The position numbers and the translations under genes were made by a program. This document shows positions 1-12,693 of a stretch of 42,784 nucleotides of DNA, in pieces. How positions within the stretch are numbered: position 1 is the stretch's first letter; each line of letters begins with the position of its first letter. The notes below the pieces were generated by a model, which was not told the origin of the DNA, searched no databases, and was given only the letters and a program-made list of their open reading frames with translations. Location of the stretch: positions 1 through 42,784 of the forward strand of contig NIVC01004540.1 of NCBI GenBank assembly GCA_002269645.1, written 5' to 3'. Origin of the DNA: Macrostomum lignano. Its lineage: Eukaryota.

Positions 1-138
1 AAACATCATTCTTTAAATTTTCTGACACGTGTTCTGCGTACAATTCAATTAAAATCCCCCGTGTTGGGTGGCGGCCGATAGGGTTCAGTGAAACGCAGTG
101 AAGATAGCAATGAAAATGAAAGAAGTATGAAATAATTG

Positions 139-173
139 TAACCCTAACCCTAACCCTAACTCTAACCCTAACC
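139..173. repeat. Short interstitial telomere-type repeat (TAACCC)n, about 6 units with one variant
   Basis: taaccc x3, taactc, taaccc, taacc read directly. Confidence 0.85.
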
Positions 174-308
174 ACTGACGCTAGACGTAGAGACGTAGAG
201 GCGCAGAGGCGCCTCTAACTTGAATATTTTTAAAGTATGGAAAGCATCTTTTGGATCCCTATATAGCAGTCTTGATGGACTGCATTTCATGGAGATGTCG
301 GGTATTAT

Positions 309-440
309 TTGATGAAGTTCTGTTTCACGGAGACGATTTTGATGGCTTTCAGTTTCTCAAAGAAAATTTTGATAGATTTCTGTTTCACAGAGAGAATTTT
401 TATGGATTTCTGTTTGACGGAGAGGATTTCGATGGATTTG
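309..440. repeat. Degenerate ~30-bp tandem repeat (gatttctgtttcacggagaggattttgatg-like), about 4 units
   Basis: ttctgttt(c/g)ac motif recurs at about 30-bp spacing; explains the 10-aa periodicity of ORF 251..478. Confidence 0.6.
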
Positions 441-458
441 GCACCTTGAGTCAGTCAG

Positions 459-1172
459 AGAAAAGAGAAAAGAGATGATAGAAAAGAGAGTAGATATGAG
501 AGAGGAGAGATTAGAGATGACATATAGGAGAGAATAGGAGAGTAAGGCGAGAATGAAGAGGGAGAGAGAAGAGAAGAGGAGAGAGAGAGATGAGAGGGGA
601 GATATAAGATAGCAGAGAGAGAGAGACAGGAGAGATGTGAGGAGAAAAGAGAGGAGGGATAAGAGCGTATAGAGGAAATAGAAGAGAGTAGAGAGTAGAG
701 GAGAAAGAAGAGTGAGATGAAGGATGAGAGATGAGAGAGGAGAGGAGAGAGGAGAGAGAAGATATGAGAAAAGAGGGAGAAAAGATACAGGAGAGAGTAG
801 AGACGAAAGACCAGGGAAAAGAGATAAATGAGGGAGTAGAGATGAGAGGAGAGAGAGGAGAGAGATGAAGATCAGACATGAGAGAAATGAAAGAGTAGAA
901 AGGAGAAATTATTGAGGAGAAAGAAGAGGGTAAAGATGAGTGTGCAGAGAGGAGAGATGAGAGATGCAATGAGAAAAGATGAGTGAGAAAATAAGAGAGA
1001 GAGATTTGAGAAGATAGGGGAAGAAGATGAGAGGAGAAAGGAAAGGAGAGAAGAGAGAATGGAGAGAGAGAAAAGAGAGGAGACAGGAGACGTTAGAAAG
1101 GAGGGCAGAAAGATGGGAGATAAGAAAGGAGAGGGTGATATGAGAGACATGAGATATGAGAGCAGAGACACG
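459..1172. repeat. GA-rich polypurine low-complexity tract
   Basis: About 700 bp of almost only A/G on the + strand; the Ser/Leu-rich minus-strand ORFs are artefacts of this composition. Confidence 0.9.
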
Positions 1173-3115
1173 AGAGTCCGAGTCTAGACAATGCCAGTGA
1201 GTTTTTGCAAACAGGGAAAACAAGAAATCCGGTATTTAAAATGCATTGTAGAGGATTTGGAGATGATTTGGAAGATGGGATTCAAGTCATGGAATTTTAG
1301 CTGATGGGAGTTCTTCCCCTTCAGAATTCCGGTGATGGGAGTTCTTCCCCTTTCTCTCCAGAGGAGGAGTTCACTCGTTTAACTAACTAATGTTTTAGAG
1401 TTAGGGCCAAACGTGCCAACCTCAGAGTACTCTGAGCGGGGGCATCAAACCCGAGATATCAAATATGTCGACTTTACACTAGGCCTGCTCCGTGGGCCTA
1501 AGTGTGTTAACCCCACCCCTCCCACTTCGCCCACCTCTCCTCCGCCCCCCCTCCGCCGCGTGCTGGGGGTTCTTAAACCCAGCTTTTCTGGCTTGGCCGT
1601 CTGCCTGCGTGCAACTGCTCCGATTTATTATTTTTTTAATTTTTCTTGTTTATTCTCCTGGTTTTATCGATCAATTTTGAATTCGACGTACGCACGTACA
1701 TGTAAATTGTGCAAAATAAATACCTAATACGAAAGGGTCACCTTCCCTACCTCGTCGCTGCTGTGTGCTCGCTGCCTTCCTTTTGTTGGCTTGTGGGGTT
1801 GCGAGTAAACCCGAAATATCACAAACCCGAAATACCACAAACCGAAATAAAAAACATTCGGGTTTATGTTGGCAACCCCGTGCCGTCACGCTCAACTCCC
1901 TTGCTTGCCAATTACTGTAAGTAATATTTCTAAAGTCAACACAAGGTTGGTGAACACTGGTAGAATTTGTCAGTCATCATATGCATACAGCTTTTCTATA
2001 GCAGATTGATGTATATGTACATGTAGCATTCTTCAAGGCAACGATGATTGACTTCAAAATCAGTCTCTGTACCATTCGTCGTGTTCTGATGTCCCAGTTA
2101 ATCGCACTTAAGCCAATGGCGCCAGGTCCCTGTGATCGGAACACGCCCGTCACGAAAGAAAGTCGCAGCTACATAGATCAAGAATATACACACCACGTGC
2201 TCTTTTGCAACGCACCAGACTGGACGCATTTGACTTCAGTCTGGACGCACCAGACTTTGACTGTTTCAAAAAGGTACAGTGTATATATTTAGAGTTGCCT
2301 CAATAATTTTAATATTACTAACGATTGTACAGCTATGAATACTCTAATTACGCATTGTGCATTTTTTCATTCTCAAAGCAAACTTTCAACCAAGTTGAAA
2401 GCCGCATAAATCTTTTGAGGCACGTTTTGAAGGCAAACCCATGTGTAGCTACCCATGTGAAGAGACATGTGTAGCTCTTCTTTAATTTAATATTCGTTAA
2501 GTTGATACTTTCGTTCAGAAAATAAGGATTCTGTAAGATTGTAAGATTTTCTACGTGGATAATGCGAAGGCATTGTCAACTTACTATTTTTAACATTTTG
2601 TTAGCACACATAATTAACAATCTTTTTGGCACTTGTTTAGCGCCGGTACATGCAGGCGAGATTTTAGCGTCACGAATTAAGTCGCAATTTCGCGGCTTTG
2701 TTCTTCTGTAGCTGTCCCGAAACTTCGATCGGCCCTTTTTAGCGCTCCGTCAGCAAAATTGCAAGGTTAACTGGATACTGTACAAAATGATTAATTCTCT
2801 TTCTTGTTTTTTCCGTACTCGTAGCAGTCGAAGCAGCTATAATTCCTCCTAAATTTTTTATGAATAAGGAAAACAACCAAACAATTGTTTTTTTACACTA
2901 GCCACGTATGCATGCTTATTGACGACAGGGCTTAAAATGTATACATGTAAATTTCGTGCCTTTGAATTTATGCAGGGAGTTCCATGATTATCCAAATACA
3001 GATGTCCATACAGCACATACATGCACACGAATACTAATCATTTCGAGATACTCTGTAATACAATGTTATGCTTCGGAAAAAAGATCTTTTTTGTTTAAAA
3101 TTTTATTTGTAATAT

Positions 3116-3314
3116 TGTGGCGATCACGCCACTCGCGCGTGCGCGCTCCGGCAGCAACCCCAACCCCGGCCGGGAAGGCCGGCTCTATGTGGACGGACGC
3201 TGTGCGTTGACTGGCTGCCCAGTGTACACCGCTGCCTATATAATTTAGAACTTTGTCTCGCGCACCTCCACCCTGCTACTTAAAAATAAACTTTACGTGG
3301 CTCAACTCGCCACA
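3116..3314 (+). mobile_element. Solo LTR (family D), 199 bp
   Basis: Perfect 8-bp terminal inverted repeats TGTGGCGA...TCGCCACA; 4-bp TSD ATAT on both sides; internal TATA-like cctatataa (~3236) followed by aataaa (~3285). Confidence 0.8.
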
Positions 3315-3364
3315 ATATGCAATTGTACTAGCTACTTATCTAATTGGAAGATTCCGACTTATAC

Positions 3365-3785
3365 TGTAACGGTTTGGAAATTCTGTAATTCAAATCTAGT
3401 TTATTAACATGGTGTATTTTAACTTTATTCAAATCCTTAGCTGTTTAGATTACGTGCGTAATTATTCTAGGGTTTTAATATTACGTATTTTGTTAATTTG
3501 GTTTCCGTTTCCAAGAAATGCGACTCATAATTTTAACATGTAAGTTCTAGTCTTTTTCTGTAAGCGTGTGGCAGCCTGGGACGTAGATCAACCTAGCATG
3601 TACGTGAGATACAATAATTATAATCAGAGCCGATCACCAGTGTACGCATTCGTACTAAGACAGTAAGATTTCTTATGCTCCGAGTATAGTAAATCGTCCC
3701 GGACTGACAGACGTATCTGCTGAACCATATACGTTGCTAATACTCTCTCTTCGCTAGTAATATTAAATATACCGGACTCGTTACA
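3365..3785 (+). repeat. 5' LTR of element A
   Basis: tgtaacgg...ctcgttaca; matches 23190-23610. Confidence 0.95.
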
Positions 3786-3791
3786 TCAATT

Positions 3792-3804
3792 TGGAGGTCC
3801 CACC
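3792..3804 (+). promoter_or_regulatory. Primer-binding site of A, complementary to the tRNA-Gln 3' end
   Basis: TGGAGGTCCCACC, 6 nt after the LTR; metazoan tRNA-Gln ends ...GGUGGGACCU-CCA. Confidence 0.8.
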
Positions 3805-4412
3805 ACCGAACTCTTCATATCAGTCATCATCATCAGGCGTCCGTCAGCATTCAGGCTCCCATCCTCATCAGGCACTGCGACACGAGAATTTTAGCCGGGT
3901 ACACAATAGCCATCTGCAACCGCAACCAGGTCCTACACTACAGTATTGCGGCGAGGCTGAGGCAGCACAATTCAACTTGTCTAAAACCGCGTGAGTCAGC
4001 TCTACATCTAGACCCAAGGCCAAGCGAAAACAGTCAATACGCTCGTAGCTACGGCGCGTCAAAACCCCAGCCGGTCAACTCAGCGTAAACAACACTCAAC
4101 TGTTCTGAGGTCCGTATAAGCTGCCGACTGAACCGCGAGACCACCACCCAGCGGCAGCCACCCCTAAAGGCCACAGCCAATCCGGTCCAAGCGGCAGTAC
4201 GGCAGGACGGCAGTCTGTACATTGTACTCCACGGCCAATAACCTCCAAGAGTTTCATCACAGTTGTGAGTGTGGTTGCTTCATTTTGGGCTGTTTAGCTG
4301 AGCTTACCTGACTGTTCAAAGGTGTGTACGCGTGTAGGTTTTTTTTTCTTCCCTTTCCTCTCTGTAATCTTAGTCTTCACTTTGCACTGGCACACCTCTT
4401 TTTTCTCTCAAT

Positions 4413-6190
4413 ATGTCTGTAGAGCAATCAGCCACTGGAACTCAAGGCGCACCTCTGTGGGTGAACCCATAAAGCTGCCTGAGACTGAGAAGGCTCAAAA
4501 TGAAGCCGAGTTAAACCAAATTGCTACTGAGAGTAGCGTGGGTGCTATTTTAGGAAGTCTTGACAGAACGCTGGGCAACTTGGATGCTAAGCTTGACTAT
4601 GCGAGAGTGCCTGAGGCAAAGCTGAAAGCCCCACCTTGCTACCACCCTAAAATCAGATTTGAGCTCTGGGAGACACAACTCCGGGCCTATTTAAGCGTTA
4701 ACAGAGTTCAGCGGGAGCACTGTGGCGGTGTTATTTTCTCTCTACTATCGCCAGAAGTCCAAGAGTTTTACTACAATAGCAAACTACAGGATCTAGCTTT
4801 TCCAGCAGCATTAGAAGCTCTCGCGCGAGCGGTACACGGACTCTAGCAGTGCCGATAAATTTTACATTGAGCTGACAGTTGCCCACCAAGCTGATGGCGA
4901 AGGAATTCAAGAATTCTGTGACCGTCTTGTAGCCCTAGCCACCGCAGCTAAAATTTCTGCTCCACACAGCGATCCATTGGTTCGGTCACGTTTTTGTTAT
5001 GGAGTTCTAGACAAAAATCTAGCTGAGAAACTAATTACAATGACCCAGGAGTCACCCAAAGCAACCCTTCAAGACCTCCTGAAGAAAGCCAAAAGTTTTC
5101 TAGACATTCAGAAGCTGCTGAAACCGACTGAGACAAGCAAGATCCGGCAGTTAGAAGTAGACGAGATAAGCCGACTCAAAAACAGGATCCAAGAACTTGA
5201 GACAGAAGCCAAGCAGAGGGGCAAGTTCGAACACGAATTTAATAGCCAGCCTACTGGGGATTTAGACCACAGGCTTTGCACACTGCCACTGATAAACCAC
5301 CGAGGTACAATGCGCCTATCACGGGCAGGCACGCAGGCAAGCGGCACTGCTTCAGGTGCGGTTCAGCTGATCACCTGGTAGCAGAGTGCCCTGGCTCAGG
5401 TGCACCTGAAAACGGTAAATTTTCATGGCGCCACCCGAGGCAGCCCACACAGAAAGGCTCAGCTAAAGTGGAAAAAGAGCTGGGTAGAATTTCCTACTGG
5501 TCAAATGCCTACGGATTCATCCAGTCTCTGCCTCTGGGAGATTCTGTTTTCGTACACTTCTCGCAGCTCAGCAGCGAGTTAAAGGATCTTGTCCCCGCCC
5601 ATCAGATTGTCGGAGCGCCCGTAGAGTTTATCCGGCTAGCCGACAAGGGCAAGAAAAACGACCGTGCTGTTGATGTTGTGTGTAGTAACCAGGATGTCCG
5701 GTGCAGCCAAACCGTGTCTAGGGCAGAATCCTCCAGCTCCGGGTACTACCTGCAGGCCACTGTGGGAGACATTAAGCTGATTGGGTGTCTAGATAGTGGT
5801 TCAAATGCGTCCATCATCAGCCCAGAAATTCGGGACAAACTGTTAGCAGCCGATCCTATCAATAATCGCTTCACGGCCGCAACTACAGTGCAGTCAGCTT
5901 CGGGATTCAATGGTGCCTCCAGTCGAATCCTTGGCAAGTTAGTTTGCGAGGTTCAAGTAGCGAATGAGACAAAGCCGCACGTTTTCCTAGTCATAGAACA
6001 CTCGATCTCCGACACTCTCTTTGGGATCGACTTCATGCGGAATTTCCAGATTAATTTATTGGTGGCAGAGGGTCGAGCGACGGCTGGAGGTGAGCTTATT
6101 CCTGTCATCGAAGGGACAGTAGCATCTTCCAAGTCAAGAGAGTGCTGGCGGCTTGCAATGTCGAACTCCCGCCCAGGTCGGAGACTCTAA
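4413..6190 (+). pseudogene. gag: gag-protease of element A, frameshifted
   Basis: ORF pieces 4322-4846, 4977-5381 and 5276-6190 align with gag of B; zinc knuckle CFRCGSADHLVAEC; protease LDSG; probable ATG at 4413. Confidence 0.85.
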
Positions 6191-9100
6191 TCCCTGGGAG
6201 GGTGATAGACAGTCAGCCTAACACCTGCGGCTCCGTGGGTGGCAAGATTTTTGCGAACGACTCGAGCCTCTTAATGGCACACTCGGTAGACCAAGTAAAC
6301 AGTTCCAATCACATCTTGCTGCGGGTCTAAAACACCAGTGAAGAACCAGTATCACTCAGAAGAGAAGATGAAATAGGATCCTTCCAGCAGTTGGGGCAAA
6401 CGAGACAATCAGTAAAACTTCAATTTCTGAAAAAGACTTTAAAATCGAAAACACTGATCAGCTCCTTAGAAAACTCAATCAGCTGCCTAGTCCAGATGAA
6501 GGTACAGCGAAGTGGCTATCAAACCAGTTTCGCCTAACGGAGTCCAAACTCAGCGAGGAACAGTTGGGAACTACACTGAAAATGCTTAACTATTTCTTAA
6601 GTCAAATCTCTCGTAGTGAGCACGATATCTCGAGAACCCAATTGCATGAACTAGCTATCGAACTGAAAGACCCTAGCTGTAGGCCGATCACGCAGCCATC
6701 ACGCCGCACCACCCCGGCTCAAAAAGATTTCCTTGACAAATATATAGAACAGCTAGTGGAGCAGGGCATAGTAGAAGAGTGTGATTCCGAGTGGGCCTCA
6801 CCAATTGTCTTAGTCAAAAAGAAGGACCAGTCTTACAGAATGTGTGTTGACTACAGAGCGGTCAACAAGCTAATAAAGCCGTGTAGCTTTCCGCTCCCAT
6901 TAATGGATGAAACGTTTGATAGCCTTGCCGACTCTACCATCTTTTCAACACTAGATTTAACAAGTGCATACTGGCAGGTAGGAATTAGAGAGCAAGACCG
7001 AGACATTACGGCTTTTTCTTGCCCCCAGGGCACATTCCGTTGGCGAGTTGTGCCATACGGTATCAAAACGGCACCATCTAACTTTGCTAAGCTGATGCAC
7101 CGTGTGCTCAAACCCTTGCTGATGAGAGTTAGCCTCGTCTATCTTGACGACGTCATTATCAAAGCTCGAACTAGTAGCGAAATGATAACAAACCTAGCGC
7201 TGGTGTTTTGGCAACTACAAAAGGCAAACCTAAAAATTAAGCCAGCTAAATGCGAGCTTTTCAGGGAAAAACTAAAGTTTTTAGGATTTGTAGTATCGGC
7301 GGATGGAATCGAGACGGACCCCAGCAAAACAGAGGCCGTCCAGAGTTGGTGTAGGCCAAAGACAGGGAAACAACTCTTGTCATTCTTAAATTTTGCCAAC
7401 TATTACCGTAAATTTGTGCCAAAATTCTCGATCATAGCAGCTCCACTGTACGCTATCGCTAACTCCGATAGGTTTCACTGGGAAGAAAAGCACGAAGAAG
7501 CTTTCAAACAGTTAAAGGACAGTCTCTGCAATCCTCCAACTCTGGCGTACCCGGATATGCGTCCAGAAGCCGGCCCCTTCGTGCTAGACTGTGACAGCTC
7601 TGGCCTGGGGTGGGAGGAGTCCTGTCCCAAGTTGGCAAAACTGGTAAAGAGCATGTGATAGCATTCGCTTCGAAGAAGTTCAACAATGCACAAAGAAATT
7701 ATTGTGCAACAATGCGCGAGCTGCTCGGTTTGATTATCATGCTAGAGCAGTTCCGCACTTACCTCTTAGACAGGCCTTTCGTCGTCCGAACTGACGCCGT
7801 GGCGCTTAAATGGCTTCATTCCAAAAAACACGCTACGGAATGCTAGCCCAGTGGCTTGTGATCCTAGAGCCTTACAACTTTAGCGTTGAGCAGACGCCGC
7901 TGGAACGCTTGGCAGACTTTGACTTCTCCGTGGAACATAGGCCTGGGGAGAGCCACATTAATGCCGACATTCTCAGTCGCAATCCCAAATTCCGTCCGGA
8001 CCATTTCGACTGCCCATCTTGCTCTCGTATTCCAGAGTTTCAGGCCAGGTTCGGATGCCAAAGTAGCGCCGTTAGAGCCGTTAAAAAGGCTGTGCTAAAT
8101 TAGAAAAGCACGAGGCTTCGACTCAAACCGAAGGTACACACTTTTTAGATCAACCAACCATGTGTGAACCCACTAGGAATGATGACCACGGCAATGAGAG
8201 CCGGCTTGATAGTTGTCACTCAGTTAGCCAAGCGATCCAGACTGATCCATCAGGCACAAACCATAAAGAAACCTCTGAAGATAGCCAAATTCAAGTGACA
8301 AAACCTAAGGTTCAGGTGGCTAAAATTGCAACTAATTCTAACAATGACCAAAGTGCGAAGAGTGACAGAACGAGCGGTAGTCATTCCTTCCACATTGGAA
8401 CCAGCCTAGCGAATCAAGCGCTGATGATGCAAGCGAATTAAGCCTACCACAGAGTGAGGCTGATGAGAGAGTAGATGTGGATTGGGTGACGCTGGCACAA
8501 GAGTCAAACGTAGATCTGCTGAGAATCAAGCAATCCGTAGCTGGCTCCGAACCGAAACTTAGCAAACAGGATATTCAAGATTGCAGTCGAGAAATTAAAA
8601 CTCTCTGGGCTCTGTATAACGAACTGTCAGTTGAAAATGGCTTGCTCTACCGCACAAAGCCAGCGAGGAAGGGCAAACCGAGTGTTAAGCAGTTGATAAT
8701 TCCCTCGTCTGCAAATTTAGATGAACTAGTAATCAAGTACCATAGAGCGTGCAACCATTCAGGAGCCAATAAAACCACGGCGGCATTGAAGGCACGTTTC
8801 TTGATCTTTGATCTGGAAAATTACGTAAGAGGTATCGTTGCCGAATGCGAAACTTGCGCCAGAGTTAAGAAAGGTACAAAGAAGATTAGAGCCCCCCTGC
8901 AGCCTACCTTGGCAGGGTATCCCAATCAGGTGGTACACGTTGACCATTGTGGACCTTTTCCTGAATCTAATGGTATGCGGTATCTTCTGGTGCTGATTGA
9001 TCGTTTCACCAGCTTCGTCGAGATTGTCCCGGTGCCTGATGTCTCAGCAGGAACTACGGCGCTAGCCATCCTCACTGAATGGGTGGTAAGGTATGGGACG

Positions 9101-10254
9101 ATGGAACAGATTGTCTCAGATAACGGCACTGCATTCATTAACGCTACGGTTGCCGAGTTGACTCGAATACTCGAAATCGACATGGTTAGAATCACAGCGA
9201 GAAGACCACAGGCCAATGGCAAGGCGAACGAGCTATCCAAACGATCAAAACCAAAGTTCGGGCAGTGTGTGCTGATCGTAGAATAGGGTGGCCTTTGGCT
9301 GCTAAGCTTGTGGGGTTGTCGATCCGGACGACCGAATCCGAGTCTACCGGCTTCACGCCAGCAAAGTTGTTCTTCGGGAGAGAACTCGACATCCCCTTGG
9401 ACCTCCAGTACAACCCACCACCAAGAGAATACTATGATCCGGAATCTTACGCACACACCCTGCACAAAGCCCTGGTCGAAACATCGGCTACGGCTCGCGC
9501 TTTGCGGGGAAAGGCCCAGAGAAGACAAAAGCGCTACTATGACAGAGCCGTTTTTAAACCTAACTTTGAAGTAGGTGAGCTGGTCTGGGTTCGAAACCCG
9601 GATCACAGAGGCCTTGACCCAGCAGTTTGGTTGGGACCATACCGCGTAGTTCAGCAAATATCCGAGCGCAACTATCGGCTCCTGTCCGAATTTATTAGAG
9701 AAAATCCATTCATTCGAACTCCTAACCCGAGCCACAACATTTATAATGTAGACAGAATCAAAAAATGCATACGCAAGCCGAACTATCAAGACACCATTGA
9801 CCGTTTCGGTCTAAAAATAACTGCACGGTTGCCGGAATCTCGTGTGGGAAATTGTGACGAGGACTCGCCAGCCTCGGATTCCAGCTCGGACTCCGACATG
9901 GAAGAGCGTGGATTACCTTACTTCCCAGTTGCAGGGCTGGGATCGAACCAGGTGCAGTCCAGTGAGAACCAGGTGCAGTCCAGTGAGAACCAGGTGCAGT
10001 CCAGTGAGAACCAGGTGCAGTCCAGTGAGAACCAGGTGCAGTCCAGTAAGAACCTGGTGCAGCCTGGTGAGAACCAGGTGCAGTCCGGCGAGAACCAGGT
10101 GCAGTCCAGTGAGAAACGGTTGCAGCCCGGTGAGACTTCGGTGTGTACAGGTGGAACCAAGGACAACCGGTTGAGGACCTTGGTCAGCCAGTTTTGGACC
10201 TGTTGCAACCCAGAACAGAGTCTGGAGATTTTGTGCAGGAGCCAGATTTTTTAA
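6142..10254 (+). pseudogene. pol: pol (RT-RNase H-integrase) of element A, multiply frameshifted
   Basis: RT YLDD in 6564-7658; RNase H LDCDSS; integrase H-H-C-C, HVDH and VSDNG in 8477-9286; GPY/F WLGPYRV in 9265-10254. Confidence 0.9.
9945..10134 (+). repeat. 21-bp in-frame tandem repeat (gagaaccaggtgcagtccagt; ENQVQSS), about 9 units, in the pol tail of A
   Basis: Read directly. Confidence 0.9.
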
Positions 10255-10796
10255 GTGAAAAACACACTCAACACCGTGTGCCTGAAGTAGGTGGTAATAG
10301 TAGCACGAATCGACTCGAACAAGTCGAGGATGGCCAGGTTCCTTCAATCGGTGCGGAGGTAGAGATAGTGGGAGATAGAACGCGTGAGTTGCCTGGAACC
10401 GCCAGCCAAGGACAGAGGACGGAGCCAGCTGGCCAGCGTGAAACAGTGGAACCAGACCCATCGTTATCAGACAGAGTCAGTACTCGGGTAGCATTTACAC
10501 CACTCGAAGTGGCAGGGCGGTTCGGCCGCCAACCAGATTTTTGCAGGTGCTTGCCGGGTTTTGCCACCGCTCCAATTCCAACAGTCTTTGATTTCCTTCT
10601 CTTTCCCTCCATTCGTTGTGTTGTCTTGCTTTGTTCTCTTCTTCCTTTTCTGTTCTTTGTTTTCCGTGCCAGTGCCAAGTTAGCCCTGAGTCTGCCGGTT
10701 GCGTTGCCGCCGGTGGGTTGTGTGTGTGTGGGGCGGCGTCCCGTCCGTGTGTTGGCTGGGTGAGCTCTGCTGCGCAGTTCGAATTGAAGTTCGTGC

Positions 10797-12664
10797 CAAG
10801 GACTTCTAGACTAACAGGACGTAAAACTCAAAGATTGTGCAATTTTTTGGAGGCCACGATTTCCTGGAAAAAATACACTGCGAAGATAGGAAAAAATCAG
10901 TTTTTCGTCACAAAATCTGTGATTGTATTTGATCTGGGGCAGTCAAGACTACCATTCTTTTAATTTAACATGCACAATATGTTACTCTATTATATTTTCA
11001 TATAGTTGTGTAGTGAAGTTTTCATTTTCATATTGTTTTCACTTTATTTCATAAGCCCAAAGTTGCAAACTCACAAGTGGCATTAGCCAAATATCAAATT
11101 CAAGAAAAGAAAAGCTATTCAAATTTGTAATATAATAATATTTTTAGCCTTTAAAATAAAAATTATAAAAGGACTAATCAATGTTTTTTCTTATAGATAC
11201 CTAGTAAAAATGGTTAGGGCCTATTTTTGTGATTAAGTCTATTCTTCTTAAATCTTAGTCCTAAATATAGGCTTTGTCACGTTATTGGCGTAGCGGCCAG
11301 CTATGCGGTGACCCTTAAAAGGGCCGTTTTAGTCCCAAAATAAGTTGAAGTCAATTCTTGTAAAGCGGATTTTGTAGCGGAGCACTTGGCGATAAAGGCA
11401 GGAACTGCCGTAGTTGTCTTTATTGTTAATATCAGTATTAAGTTTGGTTGTTACTGGCAATAAACAGACTATAGCTTTCTGGGCACTGGCGGCTGCAACA
11501 ATGGGTTGAATATAATTTGGATATGAAGTCAAGTGGCAGGCGAATGACACAATGGCGACGTGACGTGAGCAGTGGCTATGAGCACAGTGAAGGCAGTGAA
11601 ACGTAGTGGCGAGTTGGCGTCGGTCGTGGCGTGAAACAGTCAAGTAAGTGTGTGAGCAGGCTGGCCCAGACAGAAGGGCCGTGGTGAGAAATAAGGAGGC
11701 TCGAGGCAGCCAGACAAACAGATAAGACAGCTAAGAGGCAGCAGGGAAGGAAACAAGGAACAAGCGGAGGAGTGCCGCCGCCAGGCGGGGGGGGGGTTTA
11801 ATAAAAGAGCGCAGAGGGGGGTAGCGCGAGCACGAGTGATTTCATTGGCTGGCGAGAGAACTTAAAATTATCGATCGTGCCAATTTTATACGGTTGCGAG
11901 AGAGGATAGCAAAATATACAATGAATTATAAATTGCCACAAAATCGTTGGGCACTACTACAAGTAAACGTCGCAATAAACGAATGGAAAAGTTTAGTTGA
12001 AACGGTGAAACTGAAGGGTTGAATGACTATGGAGAACAGCAGTCCAACGGCCCTTTTCGGGACCACCTTAAACTGACAACGTCACAGGCTTGGCTTAAAA
12101 ACTGATAATACAGCTTTCTCAAGCCTAGGTAACCAACCATATGAAACTATTTATTGGTAATCTATATATAATAAAAAAATCTAAATATACTAATCTTTAA
12201 GTCATTGTCTAAATTTAATTACTTATTAGGCTAGATAGTGTAGTGATAGGTCTAGTTCTAGTAGGCCTAGGAATTAGTATAGTTACTAAACCAACAATAA
12301 TAGCTTAAGACTAAGAGTACCTACATGCAATGTTTTTATACTTTATTTTAAAAAGAACAACACAAAAAGTTTGGCTAATGCCACTTGTGAGTTTGCAACT
12401 TTGGGCTTATGAAATAAAGTGAAAACAATATGAAAATGAAAACTTCACTACACAGCTATATGAAAATATAATAGAGTAACATATTGTGCATGTTAAATTA
12501 AAAGAATGGTAGTCTTGACTGCCCCAGATCAAACACAATCACAGATTTTGTGACGAAAAACTGATTTTTTCCTATCTTCGCAGTGTATTTTTTCCAGGAA
12601 ATCGTGGCCTCCAAAAAATTGCACGATCTTTGAGTTTTACGTCCTGTTAGTCTAGAAGTCCTTG
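10797..12664. mobile_element. Non-autonomous DNA transposon with 295-bp TIRs, P- or hAT-like
   Basis: TIRs at 10797-11091 and 12370-12664 (CAAGGACTTC...GAAGTCCTTG, about 3 mismatches); 8-bp TSD GTTCGTGC at 10789-10796 and 12665-12672; AT-rich non-coding interior. Confidence 0.9.
11275..12086 (-). mobile_element. Solo LTR of family B, inserted in the TIR element
   Basis: Matches the B LTRs with about 5 substitutions and a short deletion; flanked by GGCTT on both sides; no PBS or PPT. Confidence 0.92.
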
Positions 12665-12693
12665 GTTCGTGCATTCCGATCCGTGGTGACGTT

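Noticed and set aside
511-1223. Ser/Leu-rich minus-strand ORFs
   Set aside because: Artefacts of the GA-rich tract
8926-9789. 287-aa antisense ORF over the integrase of A
   Set aside because: A shadow ORF of coding sequence, with no recognisable domain
11329-11643. 104-aa minus-strand ORF in each B LTR (also 12748-13062 and 22062-22376), whose stop lies 2 nt before the histone-like stem
   Set aside because: No ATG in the stop-to-stop frame, and all four differences between the solo and full LTRs within it are non-synonymous, so there is no sign of protein-level selection. It could only be real as a spliced exon.
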